A DNA stretch of 64,000 nt from Pseudomonadota bacterium (GCA_048498155.1 JBEHYN010000007.1:7579-71578), one strand, 5' to 3'; counted from the stretch's first letter, positions 29,042 through 39,616 are shown. Notes: a model not told the origin generated them from the letters alone. Translations and numbers: made by a program.

Positions 29042-30856
29042 TTAGATCGCCGCGCAGGCCTGTTCCAGCCACGCCCGCACATCGGCGCCCACCAGCGGTC
29101 CCACCGTAGCCAGCACCCGCGCGTGGTAGGCGTTGAGCTGGTCGCGCTCTTCATCGGTCAGAAGCTCGCGGGCGATGGCGTGGCGGTCGATGGGAGCCAG
29201 GGTCAGGGTCTCGAAACCCAACATATCACGCTCGCCGCCGTCGATCTGGGCGGCAGCCATCGTGACCTGCAGGTTCTCGATGCGGATGCCATAGGCGCCG
29301 GTCTTGTAGTAGCCGGGCTCGTTGGACACGATCATGCCTGCCTGCAACGGCGCTCCGCCAGTGCGCTTGGAAATGCCGTGCGGCCCCTCGTGCACGCCGA
29401 GATACGAGCCGACCCCGTGCCCGGTGCCGTGGTCGAAGTCTAGCCCCGCCGACCATAGGGGGCCGCGCGCCAGGGCGTCCAATTGGGAGCCGGGGGTGCC
29501 CGCCGGAAAGCGGGCCCGGGCCAGGGCGAGGTTGCCCTTGAGCACCAGGGTGAAGCGCTCCCTCATCTCCTGGGTCGGCGTTCCGATGGCGATGGTGCGG
29601 GTCACGTCAGTAGTGCCGTCCAGATATTGCGCCCCAGAATCCACGAGCAGAAACATGCCCGTCTCCAGCCGGCGGTTCAGGCGGGTGACCGGGCGATAGT
29701 GGACGATGGCGCCGTTTGGCCCCGCCCCGGCGATGGTATCGAATGACAGGTCCTTGAGCGCCCCTGTAGCTTCGCGAAAACCCTCCAGGGCCGTAACCAC
29801 TGCGATCTCATCGGGCAGGTTGTCGGGCTCTTGCGTCGCCAACCAATGCAGGAAGTTCGCAAGGGCCGCCCCATCGCGGATATGGGCCTGACGCGCGCCC
29901 TCCACTTCCGTCGGGTTCTTACAAGCGCGCGGCAGGGCGGTGGGATCGGGAGCGCGCACGATAGCAGCGCCCGCCGCGTCCAGCGTCTCGAAATACCAGG
30001 CCGACGAGACGGCGGGGTCGATCAGCACCGCTTGGCCCGACAGCTCGGCCAGGGCGCCCGGCAAGGCGTCCGGCGACTCCAGCGACACCTCGCCGCCCAG
30101 CCAGTCGGCCAGGCCGTGGGTGAGCTTGGCCGGATCGAGGAACAACCGCGCGGTCCCGTCGGCACGCGTGATCGCTTGGCCCAGCGGCAGGGGTGAGCGG
30201 ATCACGTCGCCGCCTCGGATATTGAACAGCCAGGCGATGGAGGCCGGGGCGGTGATGACGGCGGCCTGCGCCCCGACCTTGGCGATGACCTCGCCAATCC
30301 GCGCGCGTTTGGCCGAGGACGCCTCGCCCGCATAGGTCAGCGGATGAGGAACCACCGGCGCCCGGGGTTGGTCCGGCCGCTGGCTGCCCCACGCCTGATC
30401 CAGCGGATTAGACTCGGTCGGACGAAGTTCAGCGCCCGCCTTGGCGGCGGCGATGCGCAGGCGTTCCAAAGCGTCGGGGCTGTGCAGGCGGGGGTCATAA
30501 CCCAGCACCTGGCCGGCCCCGACCGTTTCTTCCAGATAGGCGCTGACCCCGCCGTCGACCAGATCGCGCACCTCGAACAGGCCTAGGTCCACCTGATCGC
30601 GCACCTGCAGGCTGTAGCGACCGTCCACAAAGATCGCCGCCCGGTCCGCCAGGATCACCGCCGCCCCGGCCGAGCCGGTAAAGCCGGTGGCCCAGGCCAA
30701 CCGATCATTGGCCGGCGGCAGGTACTCGTTCTGATGCTCGTCCTCATGCGGGGCGATAAACCCGTCCAAACCCTGCGCCACCATGGCCTCGCGGATCAGG
30801 GGCAGGTGCTGGGACCCAAAGGACGGGTCCGCGTGATCCTCGAACGTCTGGCGCAT
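29042..30856 (-). CDS. pepP: Xaa-Pro aminopeptidase (M24 family, aminopeptidase P)
   Basis: 604 aa. HGTGHGVGSYLGVHEGP and NEPGYY motifs. Confidence 0.85.
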   Translation of the reverse strand: MRQTFEDHADPSFGSQHLPLIREAMVAQGLDGFIAPHEDEHQNEYLPPANDRLAWATGFTGSAGAAVILADRAAIFVDGRYSLQVRDQVDLGLFEVRDLVDGGVSAYLEETVGAGQVLGYDPRLHSPDALERLRIAAAKAGAELRPTESNPLDQAWGSQRPDQPRAPVVPHPLTYAGEASSAKRARIGEVIAKVGAQAAVITAPASIAWLFNIRGGDVIRSPLPLGQAITRADGTARLFLDPAKLTHGLADWLGGEVSLESPDALPGALAELSGQAVLIDPAVSSAWYFETLDAAGAAIVRAPDPTALPRACKNPTEVEGARQAHIRDGAALANFLHWLATQEPDNLPDEIAVVTALEGFREATGALKDLSFDTIAGAGPNGAIVHYRPVTRLNRRLETGMFLLVDSGAQYLDGTTDVTRTIAIGTPTQEMRERFTLVLKGNLALARARFPAGTPGSQLDALARGPLWSAGLDFDHGTGHGVGSYLGVHEGPHGISKRTGGAPLQAGMIVSNEPGYYKTGAYGIRIENLQVTMAAAQIDGGERDMLGFETLTLAPIDRHAIARELLTDEERDQLNAYHARVLATVGPLVGADVRAWLEQACAAI

Positions 30857-30901
30857 AAGGAGGATGTAAGCTCGCGGAGCGGTTTGCGCAAAGGCTTGGC
30901 G

Positions 30902-32350
30902 CTAGGGCTTCATCCGAAAATTCGCATCCGTATCCGCCGCCGCGTAGATCGCTGCGGTCCAGGCGGCGACGGCTTGGTCCAGGGCCTTAGCATCGACCTT
31001 GTCCAGGGTGTCGTTCATGGAGTGATGGATATCGAAATAGTGGGTCGTGTCCTGGCGCAGGGAAATCACCGGCACGCCCGCCTGATACAGTGGTGCGATG
31101 TCGTCGCCGCCGAAGTCAGCGGGCTTAGGATCAAAGCTCGCGCCCAGCGGCGCCAAGGCCGCAATGGCGGCCTTGATCGGCAATAGGTCGGCCGCACCCT
31201 TGGGCGCCTGGAAGGCGATCACCTTGTCGGCGCCGGAATCGCTCTCCCCCGCCAGGACGATATCAGCCAGATCGCCCGCGTGGGCCTTCAGATACTCGGG
31301 CCCGGCCTGGTTGGTCTCTTCCGCGCCCCACAGCACCACGCGAATGGTGCGCGCTGGCTTCCGGGTCCCCGCGAGCTGAGCGGCGGTCATGACGATGGCC
31401 ACACCGGCGCCGTCGTCCACCGCCCCGGTTCCCAGGCCCCAGCTGTCCAGGTGGGCCGAGACCAGCACCACCTGCGACGGCAGGGAGGTTCCGGGCAGTT
31501 CGCCCACCACGTTCCAGCTCTTGGCGTCGGGCAGATAGGTCGGGATCAGGGTGAACTTCACTCGAACAGGTACATTGCGCTTGGCCATGCGCTCAAGCTG
31601 ATCGGCGTCCGGCCCGCTGAGCGCAGCGGCGGGAATCTTGCGCCCGTTATCGTCGTAGTTCAGGGCGCCGGTATGCGGATCGCGCACGTCATTGGTGGCC
31701 AGAGAGCGCAGCATGAAGCCCACCGCTCCGCGTTTGGCCGCTTCGGACGCCCCCTTGCGCCGCCAGTGGTTAGCCACGTCATAGCCGGTGGGCGAACCCA
31801 GCGGACCCATGTGTTCGGTGAGCACGGCGATCTTGCCCTCAAGCGTTCCAGGCTTGGCGGCCAGCAGGGCCTTCCAGGTGGAAAACACCGTGATCTCGCC
31901 CTCCACGCCTGGCGGCGGGGTAGCGATGGAGCCGCCCAGGCCTGTAATGATCAGGGGCTGTGGAAAGGGGCCGGTCACCTCGGCGGTCTCGGTTCCCTTC
32001 AGCCAGGCCCACACGCCGAAGGGCTCGGCGTGGACATTCTCGAAGCCCATGGCGTTGAGCTTGGCGATCGCCCAGTCCTTGGCCCGCGCCATGGCCGGCG
32101 AGCCCGCCGGCCGCGGGCCGATCTCGGTGGTGAGAGATTCCAGCACGTCGTAGGCGACCGACCCGCGCAGGGCCCGCGCGCTCAGACCTGCGGAGCCGGC
32201 CACCACTTCATCGGGCGGCAGTCCCGCCTTGGACAAAGCATTCAGCGTCGCGCCGCTCTGGTTGCCCCGATGGCTGGAAAGCACGTCCTGAGCATGGGCG
32301 GGTTGGGCCAGAGCGAGGATGGTCAACAAGAGAGCGCTAAATCGCTTCAT
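30902..32350 (-). CDS. exported M28-family metallopeptidase (aminopeptidase with PA-like insert)
   Basis: ORF 30902..32383 trimmed to the ATG at 32350 ([20 protein letters not shown] signal). Contains [24 protein letters not shown]. The ATG overlaps the murB TGA (ATGA). Confidence 0.8.
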   Translation of the reverse strand: MKRFSALLLTILALAQPAHAQDVLSSHRGNQSGATLNALSKAGLPPDEVVAGSAGLSARALRGSVAYDVLESLTTEIGPRPAGSPAMARAKDWAIAKLNAMGFENVHAEPFGVWAWLKGTETAEVTGPFPQPLIITGLGGSIATPPPGVEGEITVFSTWKALLAAKPGTLEGKIAVLTEHMGPLGSPTGYDVANHWRRKGASEAAKRGAVGFMLRSLATNDVRDPHTGALNYDDNGRKIPAAALSGPDADQLERMAKRNVPVRVKFTLIPTYLPDAKSWNVVGELPGTSLPSQVVLVSAHLDSWGLGTGAVDDGAGVAIVMTAAQLAGTRKPARTIRVVLWGAEETNQAGPEYLKAHAGDLADIVLAGESDSGADKVIAFQAPKGAADLLPIKAAIAALAPLGASFDPKPADFGGDDIAPLYQAGVPVISLRQDTTHYFDIHHSMNDTLDKVDAKALDQAVAAWTAAIYAAADTDANFRMKP

Positions 32351-33255
32351 GGACTTGCTCGCCCTACCCGCTTGATCTCCCACTCCAGCTCCGCGCCGAA
32401 TTTGGCTTTTACGTCCGCGCGCACCGCCTCTCCCAGGCCCTCCAGGTCGGCGGCGGAAGCTTCGCCGGTATTGATCAGGAAGTTGGCGTGCTTGTCAGAG
32501 AACATGGCCCCGCCATGAAGCTTGCCGCGCCAACCGGCCGCGTCGACCAGCCGCCAGGAACTGTCGCCGGGCGGATTCTTGAAGGTGGAGCCGCCGGTCT
32601 TTTCGCGGATCGGCTGGGAGGCCTCGCGCCGGGCGGTGATCTCGTCCATGCGGGCGGCGATGACGGCCGGATCGTCTGGCGTTCCGGCGAACAGCGCGCC
32701 GGTAAAGATCAGGTCTCCCCGCGCGGCGGCCGACCGGCGATAGGTGAAGCCCATCTCGGCGTTTCTCAAGGTCACACGTTCGCCCGCCCGGTTGACCGCG
32801 TAGGCCTCGACCAGCACGTCCTTCGTCTCGGCGCCATAGCAACCGGCGTTCATCACGCAGGCGCCGCCCACCGACCCGGGCACGCCGCGATAAAATTCCA
32901 GCCCCGCGATGCCAGCCTTGCCCGCCTCGCGCGCCAGCACGGCGTCTGGAACCCCTGCACCGGCGAAAATGCTATGATCGCCTCGCGCCTCAACCGTAGA
33001 GAATCCCCGACCCAGCCGGATGACGACGCCATCGACCCCGCCATCCCGCACTAGGGTATTGGAGCCGACGCCGAGCGCCATGACTGGAACAGCCGGATCC
33101 AGGCCCTTGAGAAAGTCAGCGAGATCGTCCTCATCCTCAGGAATGAACAGCACATCCGCCGGCCCGCCCACCCTGAGCCAGGTGTAGGGCGCGAGCGGCG
33201 CGTTCCGTTCGATGCGGCCCCGGACGGATGGGAGATGGTCTCGCCAATCTGTCAT
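32347..33255 (-). CDS. murB: UDP-N-acetylenolpyruvoylglucosamine reductase
   Basis: 302 aa. [12 protein letters not shown]-binding region and GSTFKNP. Supported by synteny. Confidence 0.95.
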   Translation of the reverse strand: MTDWRDHLPSVRGRIERNAPLAPYTWLRVGGPADVLFIPEDEDDLADFLKGLDPAVPVMALGVGSNTLVRDGGVDGVVIRLGRGFSTVEARGDHSIFAGAGVPDAVLAREAGKAGIAGLEFYRGVPGSVGGACVMNAGCYGAETKDVLVEAYAVNRAGERVTLRNAEMGFTYRRSAAARGDLIFTGALFAGTPDDPAVIAARMDEITARREASQPIREKTGGSTFKNPPGDSSWRLVDAAGWRGKLHGGAMFSDKHANFLINTGEASAADLEGLGEAVRADVKAKFGAELEWEIKRVGRASP

Positions 33256-33262
33256 CTAAACC

Positions 33263-33373
33263 GTCACCCCAGGCCTTGTGCCTAGGGTCCAGGGCTCAGC
33301 GTTGATGACGGTGTACATCCTGAAAGCCCACGGTGGCGGACCCTTGGATCCTCGGGACAAGCCCGAGGATGAC
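33263..33373. repeat. double-hairpin palindromic repeat filling the murC-murB spacer
   Basis: Unit GTCACCCCAGGCCTTGTGCCTAGGGTCC (33263-33290) and inverted unit GGATCCTCGGGACAAGCCCGAGGATGAC (33346-33373). Same GTCATCCTCGG/CCGAGGATGAC family as the interior of the element at 28832-29009. Confidence 0.6.
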
Positions 33374-33385
33374 GGAAAAAATACG

Positions 33386-34807
33386 TCAGTCATTCTTGCC
33401 CAGCGCTTCCAGTTGCCCTGGCAAAGCATAGGCCCACGCGGTGATGTCGCCGGCGCCGAGGCACACAACCAGGTCGCCGCTCTTGGCTTCCTTGGCGATC
33501 ACGGCCGGCAGGGACAACGGGGCGTCCAGAGCCATGGCGTGGCGGTGACCGAAGCGGGTCAGGCCTTCAACCAGGGCGTCACGGTTCACGCCGTCGATCG
33601 GCGCCTCGCCGGCGGTGTAGACATCGGCCACGATCACGGTGTCGGCGTCGTTGAAGCAGGCGCAGAACTCGGAGAATAGGTCGCGCAAGCGCGTATAGCG
33701 ATGCGGCTGGACCACGGCGATCACCTTGCCGGCGCCGGAGACCGCGCGGGCGGCCTTGAGCACCGAGGCGATCTCCACCGGATGGTGGCCGTAATCGTCG
33801 ATCACCCGAACGCCGTTCGCGACGCCGGTGGTGGTGAAGCGTCGCCGCACCCCGCCGAACCCGGTCAGGCCCTTGCGGATCGCTTCGTCATTCACCCCCA
33901 ACTCGCGCGCCACGGCGATGGCGGCCAGGGAATTGAGCACATTGTGCAGGCCCGGCATGGGCAGGTGCAGATCAACCAGGGTCACGCTTTGGCCCTCGCG
34001 CGGTGCGATCACCGCGTCGAACCGCGCGCCGTCCGGACCCATGATGATGTTCTCGGCCCTGATCTCGGCCTGGGGATTGGTCCCGTAGGTCACAAGTCGG
34101 CGGTTCTCCACCGTAGCGGCCAGGGCCTGCACCTCCGGATGGTCCAGGCAGACAGCGGCGAAGCCGTAGAAGGGGATGTTCTCCACAAAGTCGCGAAAGG
34201 CCTTCTTAACCGCCTCAAAGTCCCCGTAGTGGTCCAGATGCTCCGGATCGATGTTGGTCACCACCGCCACGGTGGATTTCAGGCGCAGGAAGGTGCCGTC
34301 GCTCTCGTCGGCCTCCACCACGATCCAGTCGCCCTCGCCCACCTTGGCGTTGGTGCCGTAGGCGTTGATGATCCCGCCATTGACCACCGTCGGGTCCAGT
34401 CCCCCCGCGTCCAACAGGCAGGCGATCATCGATGTGGTCGTGGTCTTGCCATGCGTGCCGCCCACGGCCACCGAAGACTGCAGCCGCATCAATTCGGCGA
34501 GCATTTCAGCCCGGCGCACGCGCGGGATGCGCGCCTGGCGGGCGGCAACCATCTCGGGGTTGTCTGGCTTGACAGCCGTGGAGAACACCACCGCCGAGGC
34601 TCCCTGCACGTGAGCGCCGTCGTGGCCGATGAATATGCGCGCACCGAGCTTTTCCAGGCGTTCGGTATTGGCCGAGGCCTTGGCGTCGGAACCCTGCACC
34701 AAATAGCCGGTGCGAAGCATGATCTCAGCTATGCCGCTCATGCCGATGCCGCCGATGCCCACAAAATGGATCGCGCCGATGTCGAAGGGGACGGGTCTAG
34801 TTTTCAT
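33386..34807 (-). CDS. murC: UDP-N-acetylmuramate--L-alanine ligase
   Basis: 473 aa. [13 protein letters not shown] and [10 protein letters not shown]. Confidence 0.95.
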   Translation of the reverse strand: MKTRPVPFDIGAIHFVGIGGIGMSGIAEIMLRTGYLVQGSDAKASANTERLEKLGARIFIGHDGAHVQGASAVVFSTAVKPDNPEMVAARQARIPRVRRAEMLAELMRLQSSVAVGGTHGKTTTTSMIACLLDAGGLDPTVVNGGIINAYGTNAKVGEGDWIVVEADESDGTFLRLKSTVAVVTNIDPEHLDHYGDFEAVKKAFRDFVENIPFYGFAAVCLDHPEVQALAATVENRRLVTYGTNPQAEIRAENIIMGPDGARFDAVIAPREGQSVTLVDLHLPMPGLHNVLNSLAAIAVARELGVNDEAIRKGLTGFGGVRRRFTTTGVANGVRVIDDYGHHPVEIASVLKAARAVSGAGKVIAVVQPHRYTRLRDLFSEFCACFNDADTVIVADVYTAGEAPIDGVNRDALVEGLTRFGHRHAMALDAPLSLPAVIAKEAKSGDLVVCLGAGDITAWAYALPGQLEALGKND

Positions 34808-34860
34808 GCCCCACGCCTAGCCGATTTGCCCGACGGGGGCAAAAGGGGTCGACGTTAACG

Positions 34861-35583
34861 CTAGCAGGGCTTGGCGTCCGGCGGCAGCAGGTCCTTCTGG
34901 GTGGCGTGCAACTGTTGGTCGAAAGCCACCAACTCATAGGAGGTGGCGGCGTACATGCCCATCAGCTCTTCCAGGTCCACCGTGTCGCGCGGGCCGAATA
35001 GCTTGAGCACCTTGGCGAAGGTTTCCGGCGACACCTTGCGGCGGCCAAACAGTTCGCGGCCGAAGGTGATGATCGCCTGCTCCTTTTCGCCGAGCCCCGT
35101 GACCGGCCCGCAGAACTTGATGGCGTCAACAATCTCCGGCGCCACGAAGCGCGGGTCGCCCGGGGTGCGTACGTGCTCCTCGAATTGGGTCCATTCATAC
35201 CGATTGGTCATTTCTCGCGCGGTGGTCATCTCCGCGATGATGGTCAGCCGATTGCCCAGGGCTGTGTCATATTTCAGATAGTGGTGCGTCGCTTCCAGGC
35301 CCCTGGACACGCCGGGGCTGTGCATGCGCACCGAAGGCCGCTCCTTTTCCCGTGCGGACAGCCCGCCCCGCTGACGGGCCATGATTTCGTCGAAGGTCTT
35401 GCGGTCGGCCTCGTTCAGGCCGTCGTGGGTCGGCAGGGGCAGCCGGTTGCCGGACTCCGGATAGATGTCCTTGGGCCAGGCCGCCCGGTCCGCCGCGCTC
35501 TGGGCGCCGGCCTGACCCAGGCCGAATACGACGCTCATGGCGCCCACGATCAATATGGCCTTCAGACCCTTGGAAGCGTTCAC
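34861..35583 (-). CDS. exported carboxymuconolactone decarboxylase (AhpD-like) family protein
   Basis: ORF 34861..35637. GTG start at 35583, preceded by GGGAGA. Signal-like KGLKAILIVGAMSVVFGLGQAGA. LTIIAEMTTAREMTNRYEWTQFEEH resembles the CMD-family core (REIAIL..A....S.YEW..H). Confidence 0.55.
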   Translation of the reverse strand: MNASKGLKAILIVGAMSVVFGLGQAGAQSAADRAAWPKDIYPESGNRLPLPTHDGLNEADRKTFDEIMARQRGGLSAREKERPSVRMHSPGVSRGLEATHHYLKYDTALGNRLTIIAEMTTAREMTNRYEWTQFEEHVRTPGDPRFVAPEIVDAIKFCGPVTGLGEKEQAIITFGRELFGRRKVSPETFAKVLKLFGPRDTVDLEELMGMYAATSYELVAFDQQLHATQKDLLPPDAKPC

Positions 35584-35667
35584 GCTTGTCTCCCGGTTTG
35601 TTTCATCCCTGCCGACGCGGCTTATGGGCCGGACCATACGTCGGCGCGGCGCCGACGCAAACTGGTG

Positions 35668-36777
35668 CTACCGCGCGGTCTTTTCCACTAGGTCAGCCAG
35701 GCGTTCAGCGGCGTCTGGCGCGGCGACCGAGCGCGCGCCTTGGGCCATGCGGGCCAGGCGCGCGGGGTCGTTCAGCAGCTTGGTCAGGGCGGCCGAGAGC
35801 ACCTCCACCGTCAGCACCGTTTCCGGCGCCGCTTCAGCGCCGCCCGCCTCGGTTAGCAGCTTGGCGTTGAACCGTTGGTGGTCGTCCATGGCGATGGCCA
35901 GGGGCACAAGGATGGACGGCCGTCCGGCCACGGCCAGCTCGCAACAGGTGGACGCGCCGGCGCGGCCGATCACCAAATGGGCCGCGCCCAATCGTCCAGC
36001 CATGTCGCGAAAGAAAGGCGTGATCTCGGCATCCACTAGGGCGTCCTTATAGACCTGGCGGGCGCCTTCTAGGGACTCGCGGCGAGTCTGCTGCTGAATC
36101 TTCAACCGGAATCGAAGATCGTCCGGCAGCTTGGAAATGGCCTGCGGCACGAGTTCCGACAACAGCCTCGCCCCCTGGCTGCCGCCGGTGATGAGGATGC
36201 GGATCTCCGCGCCCGCCTCGGGCGGTTCGTACGGTTGATCGTAGAGCGCGCGAATTTCCGGCCTGATCGGATTGCCCACCACCACGGCCCCGGCCTTCAC
36301 CTTGGGCGTCGCCTTTTCCAAGGTCGGGAAGGCGCAGGCCACTTGATCCACCAGCGGCGCCAGCAGGCGGTTGACCCGACCCAGCACAGCGTTTTGCTCA
36401 TGGATCAGGGTTGGGCGCTTGGTCGTAAGCGCCGCGATCAATGCCGGCAAGCTGGGATAGCCGCCAAAGCCGACGACGATGGCCGGCTCAAGCTGCTTGA
36501 AGGCATTTGAAGCCTGACCGACTCCCTTGGCGATCGTCAGGCCCGCGCCGATCATGCCCGCCATATCGCCGCGCTTGAAGGTGGCCGCATCCAGGGCCAG
36601 GCGTTGCTCGGCCGGGAACTTGTCGGCGTAAAGCGCGCCGCGCTCATCGGTGGCCAGAACAATGCGCCAGCCGCGCGCGCGCAGGACCTCAGCTAGGGCC
36701 TGGGCGGGAAACAGGTGTCCACCGGTGCCGCCGGCCGCCAGGACCGCGAGCTTGCCGGACTTGAGAGGCTGTCTCAC
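35668..36777 (-). CDS. murG: UDP-N-acetylglucosamine--N-acetylmuramyl-(pentapeptide) pyrophosphoryl-undecaprenol GlcNAc transferase
   Basis: 369 aa. AAGGTGGHLFPA motif. Supported by synteny. Confidence 0.95.
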   Translation of the reverse strand: MRQPLKSGKLAVLAAGGTGGHLFPAQALAEVLRARGWRIVLATDERGALYADKFPAEQRLALDAATFKRGDMAGMIGAGLTIAKGVGQASNAFKQLEPAIVVGFGGYPSLPALIAALTTKRPTLIHEQNAVLGRVNRLLAPLVDQVACAFPTLEKATPKVKAGAVVVGNPIRPEIRALYDQPYEPPEAGAEIRILITGGSQGARLLSELVPQAISKLPDDLRFRLKIQQQTRRESLEGARQVYKDALVDAEITPFFRDMAGRLGAAHLVIGRAGASTCCELAVAGRPSILVPLAIAMDDHQRFNAKLLTEAGGAEAAPETVLTVEVLSAALTKLLNDPARLARMAQGARSVAAPDAAERLADLVEKTAR

Positions 36778-37943
36778 GCGTAAGCGCCGGCCTTGGCGAG
36801 CTCTTCATTGCCCGAATATGCGCCGGGCCGCCGGCGCGTGAGAGCCAGGGCCATTCCCAGCGTCAGTCCCATGGCCAGCATGGAAGACCCTCCGTATGAG
36901 ATGAACGGCAAGGTCATGCCCTTGGTCGGGATGAGATTCAAGTTCACTGCGACATTGATGAAGGCTTGCTGGCCGACCAGCACGAACAGACCGGCCGCGG
37001 CAATCTGCTCAAATGGGTCGGACAGCTTCATCGCCTTGTACAGCCCCCGGGTCACCAGCACCGCGAACAAGGCGATCAGCACCAGGCTGAAGAACAGGCC
37101 ATATTCCTCGGCCGCCACCGAATAGATGAAGTCGGTATGCAGATCCGGCACGTGGCGCTTCATCACCCCTTCGCCCGGGCCGCGGCCAAACAAGCCGCCG
37201 GCGGCAATGGCCTCCTGAGCGCTGTCGATCTGCCGGGTATCGGCCTTCTCGGGCGTGAGGAACTTGTGAACCCGGCTGGCCACATGGCCGAAGGTAAAAT
37301 AGACGGCGACCAAGCCGGTGGCTGCGGCGGCGAGCAAGCCGGCGATCCAGCGCATCGGCACCCCCGCCACGAAGAAGGCCGCGCCGAAAGCGATGGTGAT
37401 GAGGATGGTCTGGCCCACGTCCGGCTGGATCAGCAGCAGGGCCACGGCGATCCCATAAAGCACGAAGGCGATGGACACCCCCGGCACGCCCTCGCCCTTC
37501 TGGCCCTCGGCGAACATCCAGCCGACCAAAACGATCAAGGCCGGTTTCATGAACTCGGACGGCTGGAGCGAAAAGCCGCCAAATTCCAACCAGCGCGTAG
37601 CGCCCTTGGCGTTGTGTCCCAGGAGCGGCAGGATCGCCATGATGACAATCGCGCCTGCGTAGATGAAGAACGACGCCCGCTTGACGCCGCGCGGCGAAAG
37701 CATCGACACGCTGATCAGGATGGCCGCGCCGCACGCGGAGAAGACGCACTGGCGCACGGCGAAATGGAACGGATCGCCCAGGTTCATGCGCGCCGCCGCC
37801 GCTGGACTGGAGGCGAATGACAGCAACACGCCAAGCAGCATCAGCACCGTAACCACACCCAACAGAATATGGTCAGTGGTCCACCACCACACCCCTAGGC
37901 GCGACTGATCGGTTCGGGCGAAGGCGTGTGGTTGGCGGCTCAT
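36774..37943 (-). CDS. ftsW: SEDS peptidoglycan glycosyltransferase FtsW
   Basis: 389 aa polytopic membrane protein. Contains LPTKGMTLPFISYGGSS. Supported by synteny. Confidence 0.9.
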   Translation of the reverse strand: MSRQPHAFARTDQSRLGVWWWTTDHILLGVVTVLMLLGVLLSFASSPAAAARMNLGDPFHFAVRQCVFSACGAAILISVSMLSPRGVKRASFFIYAGAIVIMAILPLLGHNAKGATRWLEFGGFSLQPSEFMKPALIVLVGWMFAEGQKGEGVPGVSIAFVLYGIAVALLLIQPDVGQTILITIAFGAAFFVAGVPMRWIAGLLAAAATGLVAVYFTFGHVASRVHKFLTPEKADTRQIDSAQEAIAAGGLFGRGPGEGVMKRHVPDLHTDFIYSVAAEEYGLFFSLVLIALFAVLVTRGLYKAMKLSDPFEQIAAAGLFVLVGQQAFINVAVNLNLIPTKGMTLPFISYGGSSMLAMGLTLGMALALTRRRPGAYSGNEELAKAGAYA

Positions 37944-38010
37944 AAGCGCCCCCTCTCAACTCCTCGAGAGGGAACGACACTCAATCTGAACAGCATTGCG
38001 CCGAAAGAAA

Positions 38011-38130
38011 CCCTCGCCCCGCTCTTTGCGGGGAGAGGGTAGGGTGAGGGGCGTGTCCATCGGCGATCGTCCAGCAAGCGGAAACGCCCCCTCACCCTAC
38101 CCTCTCCCCCAACAAAGTCGGGGGAGAGAG
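38011..38130. repeat. G-rich double-hairpin palindromic repeat in the murD-ftsW spacer
   Basis: Left arm CCCTCGCCCCGCTCTTTGCGGGGAGAGGGTAGGGTGAGGGGCG (38011-38053). Inverted right arm CGCCCCCTCACCCTACCCTCTCCCCCAACAAAGTCGGGGGAGAGAG (38085-38130). Each arm contains its own hairpin. Confidence 0.65.
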
Positions 38131-38172
38131 TTTCGCGGCAATGAGGGCGAAGGACGTTCGATTCAAACACCG

Positions 38173-39600
38173 TCACGCCAGGGCCTCGCGTTTGGAAGGA
38201 TTGCTCAAGCCTTGGACGATGGCCCGGAACGCATCGCCGCGCGCCTCAAAGTCGGCGAACTGGTCGAAGGAGGCGCAGGCGGGCGACAGCAAGACCACCG
38301 CCTCTTCGCCTGTGGATACGGCGAGGGCGCGGGCGTCGGCGAAGGCCTGGGCCGTGGCCCCGGCCAGATCGCCGCACATCTCGGTCGCCGCATGGCCTTC
38401 GAGTGTGGCGGCGAAGGACGGCGCCGCCTCGCCGACGAGGTAAGCCTTGTGGACCCGGGCAAACAGATCCGCGAGGGTTTCGACGCCGCCGGCCTTGGCC
38501 ACCCCGCCGGCGATCCAGAAGAAATCCGGATAGGCGCTCATGGCGGCGCGCGCAGCGTCGGCGTTGGTGGCCTTGGAGTCATTGACGAAGCGCACCCCGT
38601 CGATCAAGCCGACGGTTTCCATGCGGTGGGCCAGCCCCGGGAAGGTCATCAGGCCCTCAGCCGCGTCCGCCAGGGTCACGCCCAGGGCGCGCACCGCAGC
38701 ATAGGCCGCCGCCGCGTTCTGCCAGTTGTGGCGACCAGGCAGGGACTTCGCGCGCAGCAGGTCGCACACTTCACTGACCCGCTCGCCCGAGCCGTCGTAG
38801 AGCACCCCTTGCAAGGCGTAGACGCCGCGCCCAATCGCCCGGCCGGCGGAAATGGGGCAGATGGTGCGCCGGTTGGCGGCGGTGATCTCGGTGCAGATCC
38901 TCTGGCACCAGGGATCGTCCACCCCAATTACCGCAGTGTCGCCCTTGCCCTGGTTCAGCAGCACCCGGCGCTTGGCCGCCACATAGCCGTCCATGTCGCC
39001 GTGTCGGTCCAGATGGTCTGGCGAGACGTTGAGCAGGATCGCCACATCGGGCTTCAGGCTGGAGGTCAGATCCAACTGATAGGAGGATATTTCCAGCACG
39101 TAGATCGCACCCCCGTGCATGTCCTCCAGGCCCAGCACGCCCAGGCCGATATTGCCGCCGATGCGCGCGTCCTTGCCGGCGGCGTTGCAGATATGGCCGA
39201 TCAGGGCGGTGGTGGTGGACTTACCGTTGGTGCCTGTGATCGCAACGACCTTGGGCCTTTTGTGTTCAGGAGCGGCGTTGACCGTGCGCGCGAACAGCTC
39301 GATGTCGCCGACGATTTCCACCCCCGCCTCGCGGGCCTTGAGCACCGTCCAGTGGGGCGCGGGATGGGTGAGGGGCACGCCGGGCGACAGCAGAAGCGCG
39401 GCGAATTTCGACCAGTCCGCAGTCTTAAGATCGACCAGGGACAGACCCTCGGCCACGGCGGCCTCGCGCGCCGGCGCCTTTTCATCCCACAGAGCCACCT
39501 GGGCGCCTCCCGCGATCAAGGCGCGCGCAGCCGTCAGCCCGGTGCGGCCCAGACCGAACACCGCAACTCGCTTGCCTTCAAAACCGCGTACGGGGATCAC
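38173..39600 (-). CDS. murD: UDP-N-acetylmuramoylalanine--D-glutamate ligase
   Basis: 475 aa. GLGRTG and GTNGKSTTT. Confidence 0.95.
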   Translation of the reverse strand: MIPVRGFEGKRVAVFGLGRTGLTAARALIAGGAQVALWDEKAPAREAAVAEGLSLVDLKTADWSKFAALLLSPGVPLTHPAPHWTVLKAREAGVEIVGDIELFARTVNAAPEHKRPKVVAITGTNGKSTTTALIGHICNAAGKDARIGGNIGLGVLGLEDMHGGAIYVLEISSYQLDLTSSLKPDVAILLNVSPDHLDRHGDMDGYVAAKRRVLLNQGKGDTAVIGVDDPWCQRICTEITAANRRTICPISAGRAIGRGVYALQGVLYDGSGERVSEVCDLLRAKSLPGRHNWQNAAAAYAAVRALGVTLADAAEGLMTFPGLAHRMETVGLIDGVRFVNDSKATNADAARAAMSAYPDFFWIAGGVAKAGGVETLADLFARVHKAYLVGEAAPSFAATLEGHAATEMCGDLAGATAQAFADARALAVSTGEEAVVLLSPACASFDQFADFEARGDAFRAIVQGLSNPSKREALA

Positions 39601-39616
39601 GTGCCGGCGCCCTCCC

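Noticed and set aside
28832-29443. 203-aa ORF beginning MNHKGHKEHQD
   Set aside because: Its N-terminus is the MITE-like inverted repeat read as protein. The rest is antisense to pepP.
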